From a virus (lineage: Duplodnaviria; Caudoviricetes): DNA of 62,098 nucleotides. The stretch spans positions 1 through 62,098 of IMG/VR virus record IMGVR_UViG_3300046777_000588. One strand, 5' to 3'. The translations under genes were made by a program, and so were the position numbers. How positions within the stretch are numbered: the first letter of the stretch is position 1; each line of letters opens with the position of its first letter. This document shows positions 10,300-19,240 of this stretch, piece by piece. Below the pieces are notes generated by a model. That model made no database searches. It had not been told where the DNA came from and saw only the letters and a list, made by a program, of their open reading frames with translations.

Positions 10300-10569
10300 A
10301 TGGCAACTATTAAAAAACGATTCACAAAGATCATAGTTAATAAAGCCACTGGCCGCACTCGCACAGTTAAGTATGGGCAAGCAGGGAAAGCAGCAGATGG
10401 AGGAGATCGTATTCGCCCTTCCACAAAAAAGGCGGACGCGTATTGCAGTAGAAGTCTTGGAATTAAAAAGCGTCTGCCAAAATCAAAGCAGAATGACCCT
10501 AATACTCCCAACAATTTGAGCCGCAAGAAGTGGAAGTGCAAAGGCGCAAAATCAGTTCGCAAAAAATAA
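10300..10569 (+). CDS. Small basic phage protein
   Basis: K/R-rich, with YC.RS and DPNTPNNLSRKKWKC motifs. Confidence 0.75.
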   Translation: MATIKKRFTKIIVNKATGRTRTVKYGQAGKAADGGDRIRPSTKKADAYCSRSLGIKKRLPKSKQNDPNTPNNLSRKKWKCKGAKSVRKK

Positions 10570-10630
10570 ATTTTAGATAAAATCATTTATCTAATAAATC
10601 AATCAACCAACCAACCAACCAAAAATAAAT

Positions 10631-11917
10631 ATGGCAGATACCGACGAAAACATTGTCGAATCCGATGTTACTGGATTCGGAAACCCATCACTTGATGCAG
10701 ACAAGATTGATGACTCTACCGAACAGCAAATTGATAATTTGCTTGATGAGGTAATTAAACAACAAGAAGAACCAAGCAATGAAATTGAAACAAGCAATAG
10801 TGATGTTCCTGAACAAAATCTACTTCAAGATGATGTGGAGCCTGTTTTGGAAACCAAAACTGAAGAGGGAAATGTCCCAGATCAAGTTGACGCTGGACAA
10901 CTGGAGCAAGCGAAACCCCAAGTCGAAATCGACCCTGAAATCGCGGCTATTGAACAACCCCGAAATCTTTCGGAAAAGAACCAAAGTAACTGGCGTAAGC
11001 TCCAAGAAACTGCAAGCACCTACAAAAAGCAAGCCGAAGAAGCGGAAAACCTCCGTCAAAGGATCGCGCAGCTTGAGCAAGCCCCAGCCCAAACGCCGCA
11101 AGACTACGAAGAACTAAAGAAGTTCCGTCAGATTTTCGACATCAAGAACGATCCAGAGTTCCAGTCGAAATATTCTAAACCGATTGAGAATGCAAAGGAG
11201 AATGTCTATGGCATCCTTCGTAAGCACGGAGCATCTGATGAAGTCATTGCTAGCATTGAGAAAGCTGGTGGCCCAGATAAGATCAATGACGAGTTCTGGC
11301 GCAATCCAGCATTCGGAAACCTGCCATTTACTGATTCTGAAAAACTGAAGCGTAATCTTGTTGATGTTGCTGATCTTCGTGAGAAGCAAGAACAGGAAAT
11401 CCAATATGCTGCTGAAAACGCTGACAAGATTCTTCAAGAGCGCGAGCAAGAGAAGGGTCAGTGGTATGAGAAGACTGTTACCGAGATTGACCAAGAGCTT
11501 GATAACATCACAAAAGAGTTGCCTTGGGCTAGGTTTGCAGAAGTTCCCGCTAATGCTACTCCAGAGCAACTTCAGCAAGTGAAGGCACATAATGCTCGTG
11601 TTTCAGACCTAGCAACTAAGTTTGAAGCTGCTCTTTGGCCTACAACTGCCAAGGATCGCACGAACATTGCCGCTGCCGCAGTATTCAGTCATGTGCTTTC
11701 AGACCAACTACGCACAGAGCAAACGCAAAAGAACGCATTGCTAGAACAAGTCAAGAAACTGACTGCTGAGAATAATGCTTTGAAGTCATCAAGTAAGATG
11801 CCAAAGCAAACTATCGCCAATCAGTCCGTTAATAAACCATCTAGCATGAGTGATCGTATCAAGATGAATGCCGCTGACGCTATTGATCTTGGTATTGATG
11901 AAGCTATTGGCGGATAA
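10631..11917 (+). CDS. Probable capsid scaffolding protein
   Basis: Acidic disordered N-terminus, coiled coils, position between portal and capsid. Confidence 0.6.
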   Translation: MADTDENIVESDVTGFGNPSLDADKIDDSTEQQIDNLLDEVIKQQEEPSNEIETSNSDVPEQNLLQDDVEPVLETKTEEGNVPDQVDAGQLEQAKPQVEIDPEIAAIEQPRNLSEKNQSNWRKLQETASTYKKQAEEAENLRQRIAQLEQAPAQTPQDYEELKKFRQIFDIKNDPEFQSKYSKPIENAKENVYGILRKHGASDEVIASIEKAGGPDKINDEFWRNPAFGNLPFTDSEKLKRNLVDVADLREKQEQEIQYAAENADKILQEREQEKGQWYEKTVTEIDQELDNITKELPWARFAEVPANATPEQLQQVKAHNARVSDLATKFEAALWPTTAKDRTNIAAAAVFSHVLSDQLRTEQTQKNALLEQVKKLTAENNALKSSSKMPKQTIANQSVNKPSSMSDRIKMNAADAIDLGIDEAIGG

Positions 11918-11989
11918 GTATTGATAAACGATACTATAGTTATACAAAAGTTATTACATTTTTGTATAAAATCATAATAAATACAAAAT

Positions 11990-12982
11990 ATGGAATCAAA
12001 AATGTCTCCTGATGAGAAAATTACAATGAATGCTCTTGAATCTGCTGATCCTTTTGCAAGAAAAGGCGTTCAAAGTAAACCTATAAATAGTAATATGCCC
12101 AAAAAACCACAACGAGACTTCTCGCATTACGACGAGCCAGTTGAAAATAAAAAGCAAAAAGTTGATAAAACAGAAGTTATAGAGGAGCCTAAAGCTCAAA
12201 AGCGTGGGAGAAAGCCAAAAGTGGAAGAGAAAGAAGTAGAGAAATTCAACAATCCTATCATGCAATCCCGCAATCAAGATGGTATGCCTTCATATCGTTG
12301 TGAGTTTGCAGGAAGGGACATCTTTGTTGGTTTCCCTTGCTACAAAACTACCAATCCAGTCACTGCATTTGCTCTGATTGCGATGGCACTTGACTTTGGT
12401 AAAGACAAGATTCGCTTCGATATGTCGATTGGTGATGCGATGATCTATCATTCTCGCAACAAGATCGCTCAAAAGTTCCTTGAGACAGACGCAAAGTGGC
12501 TACTGATGATTGATGACGACATCATTCCTTGCATTGGACGGCCTAACTGGATGCGTTCAACTGTTTCTAATGCTAGGACATTGCCAGATGCGCCACTCCA
12601 GCGTCATGTATTGCAACGACTCATCGGAGCTAACAAAACATTGATTGGTGGAGCATACTTTGGAAGGCAAAAAGACGCTCCGCTCATGTGTTCTGATCCA
12701 TCTCTGACAGCAAAAGCTCGCGCATATCAAGATGAGGTTGCTCCTGTTGATTGGGTGGCTACTGGATGTATGCTTGTTCATCGAAAAGTCTTCCAAGACA
12801 TCGAAGAAAAGTATCCAGAACTAAAATCGCCAATCGCGAATGGCGAATTTGACTACTTCCATCCGATTAACTCTGTTACTGGAGAGGATGTTTCGTTCTG
12901 CAAGCGTGCAAAACAAGCTGGACATCAACCACACATTGATCTTGGTCTTCCAGTCTTCCATGTTGGATACGCCTGTTATTAA
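11990..12982 (+). CDS. GT-A fold glycosyltransferase (GT2-like) with a disordered N-terminal extension
   Basis: SRNKIA, LMIDDD (DxD), ATGCMLV.R.VF, GEDVSFC, H.G motifs. Confidence 0.85.
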   Translation: MESKMSPDEKITMNALESADPFARKGVQSKPINSNMPKKPQRDFSHYDEPVENKKQKVDKTEVIEEPKAQKRGRKPKVEEKEVEKFNNPIMQSRNQDGMPSYRCEFAGRDIFVGFPCYKTTNPVTAFALIAMALDFGKDKIRFDMSIGDAMIYHSRNKIAQKFLETDAKWLLMIDDDIIPCIGRPNWMRSTVSNARTLPDAPLQRHVLQRLIGANKTLIGGAYFGRQKDAPLMCSDPSLTAKARAYQDEVAPVDWVATGCMLVHRKVFQDIEEKYPELKSPIANGEFDYFHPINSVTGEDVSFCKRAKQAGHQPHIDLGLPVFHVGYACY

Positions 12983-12984
12983 TT

Positions 12985-13548
12985 ATGAAAAACATTTACG
13001 CATTTTACACTAGCATTCAGCTTGCAGATCAGAACGAGGAGTTCGCTTGCATTAATTTGTGGAAAAAGTCATGGGAAAAACTTGGCTGGAAAGCAGAATT
13101 GTTAAATAACTCTCACATTCAAGGCTCTCATCTCTACAATAAGATCATTGCTAAAATGGTTAATTCCAAGGCAACATTGCCTCGTGAGCGCAGTGATGAA
13201 TTTAATTGGCTTATAGCTCGCTTTTCTAGGTGGTGCGGATTACACGCTGCTGGTGGTGGATGGATGAGTGACTATGATGTGTTTAATCTTGATTTCACTC
13301 CAGATAAAGCTAATGAAATTGAGAAAAATCAATCTTTGTATTTATGTGGTGAGCCAGCATACTTGTTTTACGCAACACGAGAAATGTGTTCTGCTGCAAT
13401 TATTAAATTCATAAATCAAAACATATTCAATTTGACGGAAAAGAGTATGGTAAATTCCGTCGATAAAGATTTGTCTAACAAATTGGTTAAACATTGCCAA
13501 TTCACTCCCAAAAAGAAGCGTTCAGAAGTGATGCGGTTGTTGGCGTGA
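12985..13548 (+). CDS. Putative DxD glycosyltransferase
   Basis: RW.....GGGWMSDYDV motif. Confidence 0.6.
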   Translation: MKNIYAFYTSIQLADQNEEFACINLWKKSWEKLGWKAELLNNSHIQGSHLYNKIIAKMVNSKATLPRERSDEFNWLIARFSRWCGLHAAGGGWMSDYDVFNLDFTPDKANEIEKNQSLYLCGEPAYLFYATREMCSAAIIKFINQNIFNLTEKSMVNSVDKDLSNKLVKHCQFTPKKKRSEVMRLLA

Positions 13549-14246
13549 AGACATTTCTCCATTCTGGTCATATTGGGGACATAATTGCGTTCCTTCCACT
13601 TATGCGGAAGCTAGGTGGTGGTCATTTAGTAATTACAGACCACAATTCCACTCCGCAGTTGAAGATGGAAGGGTTCAGATACCAGTCAATAAAGCCTTTA
13701 TTGGAGCAACAAGATTACATTACAGGGGTGTCTTTTGAGAAAGCCCCTAAAAACATAGATTTCAATGTTTGTGGCTTCAGAAAATACTGGGGGACTGGCA
13801 CAATCATTGAAATGCAGGCTAAAGAGCTTGGAGTTGAGCCTTGCATAGAAAAATGGTTACAGGTTAAGCCAAACTTGATCTTACAAGGTAAGATTGTGTG
13901 TTGCAGGTCGCCTAGATACCGCAATGATTTGTTCCCATGGCGGGAACTTATTGATAAAATCAGAGATCGTGCTGTTTTCATCGGAGTCCACGATGAATAT
14001 GGTGATTTTGTAAATAAATTCGGCAAGGTTGATAGATTTTTGACGAATAATTGTCTGGATATAGCTCAAGCTATCGCTGGAAGTGATATGTTCATTGGAA
14101 ATCAATCATCTCCATTCTGGATAGCCGCTGGACTCCATCATCCGCTAATCCAAGAGACTTCTCTTGATGTCCCAGACAGTATTGTTAGATACAAAGGCGC
14201 AAATTACTTTATAGACGGAATCAACCCACTAAAACTAATCAAATGA
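13545..14246 (+). CDS. GT9/heptosyltransferase-like glycosyltransferase
   Basis: HSGHIGDII.LP and IA.S.MFIGNQS.P..IA.GL motifs; GTG start overlaps the upstream stop. Confidence 0.75.
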   Translation: MKTFLHSGHIGDIIAFLPLMRKLGGGHLVITDHNSTPQLKMEGFRYQSIKPLLEQQDYITGVSFEKAPKNIDFNVCGFRKYWGTGTIIEMQAKELGVEPCIEKWLQVKPNLILQGKIVCCRSPRYRNDLFPWRELIDKIRDRAVFIGVHDEYGDFVNKFGKVDRFLTNNCLDIAQAIAGSDMFIGNQSSPFWIAAGLHHPLIQETSLDVPDSIVRYKGANYFIDGINPLKLIK

Positions 14247-14818
14247 AAGAATCAAGCAAGGCAATGGAGCGTCGATTTAACTCAGAAAAACGAGAACTAT
14301 TTTCTAAGATATTCAAAGGCTCTGGATTGGATATTGGGTGTGGCGATGACATCATAACAGTCAAAGGTGCAACTGTTGGGCCTTTCGACATGGAGCATGG
14401 TGACGCAAACCATCTCGACCAATACTTTGAAGACGAATCTTTCGACTTCATTCATGCCTCACAATGCTTGGAGCATATGCGCGATCCTAAAGCTGCATTG
14501 GAGTCTTGGCTGAAAGTTCTCCGCAAAGGTGGTTATGCAGTTATCTCTATTCCATCTTGGGAACTCTACGAAGGCATGATTTGGCCTAGCCGATTCAATC
14601 CAGACCACAAGTCAACTTGGTCTTTGTGGCAAAAAGGTTCGCCAGCACCAACCCATGTAAAACTTCCAGAGTGGTTGGCAAACTTTAATTGCGAAATAGT
14701 CTACTGCGAGCTAATCGACACAAACTATAATTACAAGATTGGAACTCGCGTCGATCAGACATATCCATACGAGAATCGCGTAGAAGCCTTCATTGAATTT
14801 GTTCTACAGAAAAGGTGA
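14243..14818 (+). CDS. SAM-dependent methyltransferase (type 11)
   Basis: LDIGCG, GDA, FDFIHASQCLEH, LRKGG motifs. Confidence 0.9.
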   Translation: MKESSKAMERRFNSEKRELFSKIFKGSGLDIGCGDDIITVKGATVGPFDMEHGDANHLDQYFEDESFDFIHASQCLEHMRDPKAALESWLKVLRKGGYAVISIPSWELYEGMIWPSRFNPDHKSTWSLWQKGSPAPTHVKLPEWLANFNCEIVYCELIDTNYNYKIGTRVDQTYPYENRVEAFIEFVLQKR

Positions 14819-14862
14819 ACACTACACACGCTTATATTATCATTTAAGATAAGTGTAGTATT

Positions 14863-15555
14863 TCAGAATGGATTTACTATTTTAGGTTGTCTTATTCCTA
14901 ATTCAATTTTCATTTGTTTTAATCTTTCTTTTTCTTTTCTGCTAATTTCTGGAGGTTTTGTTGCTTTTGCGTATTCACTCAATCCAGATGTAGGCTTTGT
15001 TTTTGCAATCCATTCAAGATGATTTATTTGATCTCTTGTTGCCTTTAAATTTGGAGGGATTGAACAAAATGTATTGATTGTAATTTTCAGTATACCGCAA
15101 GCCATTTTGATTCCATGCCATGATCCATGATTCACTATATTACTAATAAGCATCATTGAAACTAAATGCTTTTTCTTGCTTTTGCTGTTTTGATTCTTTA
15201 CCGCGTCTTCAGTTATTTTTAATATTTGATCCTTATAGTGTGGGAATTTGAGAATTTTGCATTTGATTGCTGAATGAACCAAGTTGTGGCATTGTCTACA
15301 CAAGAATATCATTCTTGACTTTTGTTCTGCATTTGTTCGTAGAAACCTATATTCCATGTGATGAATATCGCTTCCCGTATTGCCGCATTTTTCGCAATTA
15401 CCATCATGGTTTCTTAAAAAAGAATCTCGCAATCTTTTCCACTCTTCTGATTTTAGATATTCATTCCTATACTCGTGACGAGTCATTTTGAACCCGCCAA
15501 TGCCTTTTAACTTTCTTTGTAGTTTTCTGTAGTTTTTAGGATTTAGTTTTTGCAT
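14863..15555 (-). CDS. HNH endonuclease (free-standing, inverted orientation)
   Basis: Y.EYL.S.EW, CEKC, HH..Y, LCRQCHN.VH; low GC. Confidence 0.85.
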   Translation of the reverse strand: MQKLNPKNYRKLQRKLKGIGGFKMTRHEYRNEYLKSEEWKRLRDSFLRNHDGNCEKCGNTGSDIHHMEYRFLRTNAEQKSRMIFLCRQCHNLVHSAIKCKILKFPHYKDQILKITEDAVKNQNSKSKKKHLVSMMLISNIVNHGSWHGIKMACGILKITINTFCSIPPNLKATRDQINHLEWIAKTKPTSGLSEYAKATKPPEISRKEKERLKQMKIELGIRQPKIVNPF

Positions 15556-15560
15556 ATAAA

Positions 15561-15636
15561 AGAAAACCCGCCCTGATGGTCGTAGTCATCAAGACGGGTC
15601 TTTCTAGTTGGGGAAATTTTGGATTGATTCTACGAC
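15561..15636 (-). promoter_or_regulatory. Terminator-like hairpin with a pseudoknot partner directly upstream of the HNH start
   Basis: Long stem fully paired on the - strand using GU pairs, followed by a U tract; loop CUACGAC is complementary to upstream GUCGUAG. Confidence 0.55.
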
Positions 15637-15723
15637 AAATCAATATGTGCATTTACGCTACTTTAGTTTTTGCTTGAGTCAACTTTTTTATTCTCTGTCA
15701 AAAATATTTTCAGAAAAAATGAT

Positions 15724-15752
15724 TTGACGAAATACTAAATATATTATAGCAG
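15724..15752 (+). promoter_or_regulatory. Putative sigma70-like promoter for the capsid operon
   Basis: TTGACG followed by an AT-rich TATATTATAG segment; similar TTTGAC motifs occur near 22462 and 26842. Confidence 0.4.
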
Positions 15753-15784
15753 TTCACACATCGGCGACGAGCTATGCGTTAATG

Positions 15785-16000
15785 GCAACTCCGTGGTAGT
15801 TTAAGAAACCACATCACAGGCCGCACAATAAGCCCAGCGTGCCGGGGCGAAAAAACAACTTGCAAGCTATCCAGCAATGGATCGCCTCGCACTTGAATTT
15901 CGCCCGAAGTTTTCTAAACGGAGGGTAGTTCAAGCAGAACAAAACCCAAACACACTCGATTCTCCTCTAGCAGAAATGCAATGGGAATAAAGGTCGAGTA
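15785..16000 (+). ncRNA. Candidate structured RNA or leader upstream of the major capsid gene
   Basis: Multiple nested stems with GCAA and GAAA tetraloops. Confidence 0.55.
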
Positions 16001-16037
16001 AAACAACAAACAAAACTAAAACTAGAAAACTAATAAT

Positions 16038-17270
16038 ATGCCTACTTGTCAAACTATCCCTTTGAATGCAATTCAAGACTTTGCATCCAAAGATACACTT
16101 CGCATCATCGGTCAGATTGGCCGCGTGCTTGCTCGTAAATCCCCATACATCAACTCGATTGATGGTGGAACTCTCCCCAATGTCTCGGATGTTGTCCGTA
16201 GCGTTGTTGAGGAAATGGCCGTTCCATCTAATGCTGGTGTCAATGGTGCTGGTGCGCTTGCCGCTCCTTTGTTTTTGAATGACACCTCGCTTTGCGGTGC
16301 TGGTGCTACTCCTGATCAAGTTGGTTCGACTGAATACACATTCCAACTCCAGACCCTCCGTGGTGCTGGTCCTCGCGTTTGTGTCAAGCAAGCTCGCACG
16401 GCCTTCAAGGGTTCCTACCTCCAAGCTCAAATTGCGTTGGAAAAGACGATCCTTCAGCTCATCAACGCCGACATCCGCTATCAATACCTGATTCAGTCTG
16501 GCATCAAGTATGTTGTCAATAGCACCAAAACATTCTCTCAGAATCTGACTGGTGATATGCAAGTTCAGGGCGCACCTTGGGCTTCACACCTTCCAGATGC
16601 TCCGATGAACTTCAAGACCCTCTATCGTATCGGAACCTTCCTCCGTGAAGAGATGCTTGCAGAGCCTTTCGCCAGCAAAGATGGCGAGTTCTTCCAAGTT
16701 CTTGCTTCCTCCGACCAGATTGAAAACTTCCGCAACGATGCAGATGTCAAAGAAGACCTCCTGTATCTTTCCGCTGGTAGCTTCAAGCTCGGCGAAGAGA
16801 GCATCAGTGGTTATCAGTTCATGGGTTATCGTGGTTTCGCCTTTGGTATCGACCAACAGCCGCTTCGTGCGACTGGCTTCGATGGCAGCGGTAACCTCGT
16901 TCTCGTGAATCCTATCATTAGTCAAGCTGTTGACACAGGATTTGCTCAACGCCGCAACCCAATCTGGGTTGATGCTCCTTACGAAGTTATGTTCGTCATC
17001 GCTGGTGAAGCCTTCAAGCGTCTCATTCCTGAGCAGTATGTTGGTGAGGGAACCTTCAAGTTCGCTCCTCAACTCGCCATGGGTGAACTTGAGTGGACTT
17101 ACTTCCGTGATAACGATTGCAACCTCTATGGTGATTATGGTCAGCACATCTACCAAATCTCTCGTGCGATTCAGCCGATTCGCCCGCAGAATGTGTGCGC
17201 CATCGTCTACAAGCGTTGTCAGCTTGATGTAAATCCTCTCCCCTGCTCGACCTCTGCTACGGGTCTGTAA
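16038..17270 (+). CDS. Major capsid protein
   Basis: 410 aa, strongly biased codon usage typical of high expression, long leader, position after scaffold, downstream hairpin. Confidence 0.75.
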   Translation: MPTCQTIPLNAIQDFASKDTLRIIGQIGRVLARKSPYINSIDGGTLPNVSDVVRSVVEEMAVPSNAGVNGAGALAAPLFLNDTSLCGAGATPDQVGSTEYTFQLQTLRGAGPRVCVKQARTAFKGSYLQAQIALEKTILQLINADIRYQYLIQSGIKYVVNSTKTFSQNLTGDMQVQGAPWASHLPDAPMNFKTLYRIGTFLREEMLAEPFASKDGEFFQVLASSDQIENFRNDADVKEDLLYLSAGSFKLGEESISGYQFMGYRGFAFGIDQQPLRATGFDGSGNLVLVNPIISQAVDTGFAQRRNPIWVDAPYEVMFVIAGEAFKRLIPEQYVGEGTFKFAPQLAMGELEWTYFRDNDCNLYGDYGQHIYQISRAIQPIRPQNVCAIVYKRCQLDVNPLPCSTSATGL

Positions 17271-17286
17271 TAGGTAAGTTGGTATC

Positions 17287-17317
17287 GGTGGGGGGTGGTC
17301 CGAACCCGCCCCTCACC
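17287..17317 (+). terminator. GC-rich hairpin after the capsid gene (terminator or processing site)
   Basis: 12-bp stem with loop UCCGAAC; no canonical U tract. Confidence 0.5.
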
Positions 17318-17366
17318 TAATCAGCTTACATTTTACAAACTAAATCAAAACAACTACAATACCATT

Positions 17367-17636
17367 ATGGATATTCCTTCTATTCTCGACACAGCAAAAT
17401 ATCGCCACCTAGTCCTTGATGGTGTTCAAAGTGTATCTACTGCCCTTGCAAGTATTCAAGGTTTTCAGATTCCAGAGTATGACGAACTTTCTTTGACTTA
17501 CTACGGAGTCACCAACAACATCGCTACTGTTGTTTACAAAAAGGCATCTGCTCCTGTTGCAACATTGACTCTGACCTATTCTGTTCAGCCTCCTACCGCC
17601 AATGATGCCAATCTTGTCAATGTCAGCATATCTTAA
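17367..17636 (+). CDS. Small virion protein, possible capsid decoration or fibre anchor
   Basis: YDELSLTY...VVYKK...VATLTLTY beta-rich motif; immediately after the capsid gene. Confidence 0.65.
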   Translation: MDIPSILDTAKYRHLVLDGVQSVSTALASIQGFQIPEYDELSLTYYGVTNNIATVVYKKASAPVATLTLTYSVQPPTANDANLVNVSIS

Positions 17637-17638
17637 AT

Positions 17639-17812
17639 ATGGCAGTAAGATTCAATCCATTTACTGGGAAACTGGACTTAAGTTCTAATTCAACGCTTCA
17701 AATTAGCGAAGACGGAACTCTGCCAAATGGAAATGAAATTGCTCAAATACAAAGTGGAGAACTTACAAATGTAGCTGAAATTGATGCAGGAGAATATACA
17801 GAACCAGTTTAA
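17639..17812 (+). CDS. 57-aa fibre adaptor (N-terminal FNPFTGKLD, C-terminal IDAGEY)
   Basis: ORF translated by hand and missing from the track; shares its N-terminal motif with 22499. Confidence 0.7.
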   Translation: MAVRFNPFTGKLDLSSNSTLQISEDGTLPNGNEIAQIQSGELTNVAEIDAGEYTEPV

Positions 17813-17870
17813 AACTTTCTGAATAACCAGAAAAACCACCACAACAACAACAACAATAAAATAAAAAACT

Positions 17871-18659
17871 ATGGCAAATCCCATCATTCGTATTAAACGC
17901 GGTTCTAGCACCCCAGTTAGCTTGTCTTCTGGTGAGTTGGCAATCGACCTGACAAACCTCAACCTCTTCGTTGGTAAAGCTGACGGAACAGCACTCGCCG
18001 TTGGCGGTTCTGGAACTTTCGCTACCAAGAGCTATGCTGATAGTGCAGTCTCGACTGCGAACACTACTCTCTCTGCTGCTATCGCCGCTGAAGAGTCTGC
18101 TCGTATCGCTGCTGATGGCGTTCTGACAACCGATCTTAGCAATGAGATCACTCGCGCTACCGCCGCTGAAGGCGTTATCGCCAGCAATCTTGCAACTGAA
18201 ATCAGCGACCGCACCGCTGCTGTTTCGGCAGAAGCCACTGCTCGCAGCAATGCTGACACCGCCCTCGACGGCAAAATCACCACGGAGAAAAATCGCATCG
18301 ACGCGATCCTTTCCGCTGCTGACGCTGACAAAGACACCTTCGCTGAAATCGTAAGCCTCATCAACAGCGTTGATACTGCTAACGATTCTGCTTTTGCTGG
18401 TTATGTTACTAGCAACAATGCGGCTCTCGCCCAAGAGGTGACTGACCGCACGAATGCAGACACCGCTCTTGGTATTCGCATTGATGGCGTTGAGTCTGAT
18501 GCGACTGCTCTTGAAGCTCGCGTCACTACTGCTGAAGCTGACATTGTTACTAATGCTGGAGCCATTTCTAGCGAAGCGACCACTCGCGCCAATGCTGACT
18601 CGGCTCTTGACACCCGTGTTACTGCTCTCGAAACCACCATCGACGGCGGAGTTTACTAA
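17871..18659 (+). CDS. Coiled-coil fibre protein with Mtd_N-like head
   Basis: IRIKRG...LSSGELAID N-terminus, E..AR.AAD repeats, C-terminal IDGGVY. Confidence 0.75.
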   Translation: MANPIIRIKRGSSTPVSLSSGELAIDLTNLNLFVGKADGTALAVGGSGTFATKSYADSAVSTANTTLSAAIAAEESARIAADGVLTTDLSNEITRATAAEGVIASNLATEISDRTAAVSAEATARSNADTALDGKITTEKNRIDAILSAADADKDTFAEIVSLINSVDTANDSAFAGYVTSNNAALAQEVTDRTNADTALGIRIDGVESDATALEARVTTAEADIVTNAGAISSEATTRANADSALDTRVTALETTIDGGVY

Positions 18660-18675
18660 AATAAAACAAACAAGT

Positions 18676-18701
18676 CCTCCGTGGGGTAAAACCCACGGGG
18701 G
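18676..18701 (+). terminator. GC-rich intergenic hairpin
   Basis: CCTCCGTGGG/CCCACGGGGG stem. Confidence 0.45.
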
Positions 18702-18718
18702 CAACCCTCTTCAATAAG

Positions 18719-19240
18719 ATGGCAAATCCTAGGATCATTCCTAAAAAATCGACTGTCGTTGCTAAAGTCCCTATGACTGGCGACCTCGAAAACGGCGAGA
18801 TTTGTATAAATCACGCTGACAAGAAACTCTACGCTAAACATCCTAGCACGGGAGCTATACAAGAAATTGGCGGAATGCTCGTCCATTCTCACGATGAGCT
18901 TTACTCACCCGATAGCAGTCAGGTTTTAGAACTGCAAAATAATAGCGACCTCACAATAACAGCAGGTGGTTCTACAAAGACTTTCGTTCTACCTAGTGCA
19001 TCTGGAACGATTGCTACATTATCTGACATAACGGCAAGTGTGGCTGGAGTTACATCTGTAAACACTCGCACTGGTGCTGTAACGCTCACTATATCGGATA
19101 TTCCGGGGGCCGTCTCAAGCAGCACAACGGGCATGACTGGCGCAACGGCTTTAACAAATATAGTGCAAATCACTCAAAGCGGCTATAATGCGTTAGGCGC
19201 AAGCGTAAGCGCAAGCACTTTGTATATTATTGTGGGATGA
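18719..19240 (+). CDS. Fibre connector protein
   Basis: Mtd_N-like N-terminus (KKS...P..DL.NGEI.IN.AD.KLY), VTSVN..TGAV motif, C-terminal TLYIIVG. Confidence 0.7.
   Translation: MANPRIIPKKSTVVAKVPMTGDLENGEICINHADKKLYAKHPSTGAIQEIGGMLVHSHDELYSPDSSQVLELQNNSDLTITAGGSTKTFVLPSASGTIATLSDITASVAGVTSVNTRTGAVTLTISDIPGAVSSSTTGMTGATALTNIVQITQSGYNALGASVSASTLYIIVG

Noticed and set aside
17763-18704. 313-aa antisense ORF and similar long antisense ORFs over structural genes
   Set aside because: These are shadows of biased codon usage on the coding strand and have no recognisable motifs.
17871-19240. Diversity-generating retroelement suggested by Mtd_N-like domains
   Set aside because: No reverse transcriptase and no adenine-variable TR/VR pair were seen.
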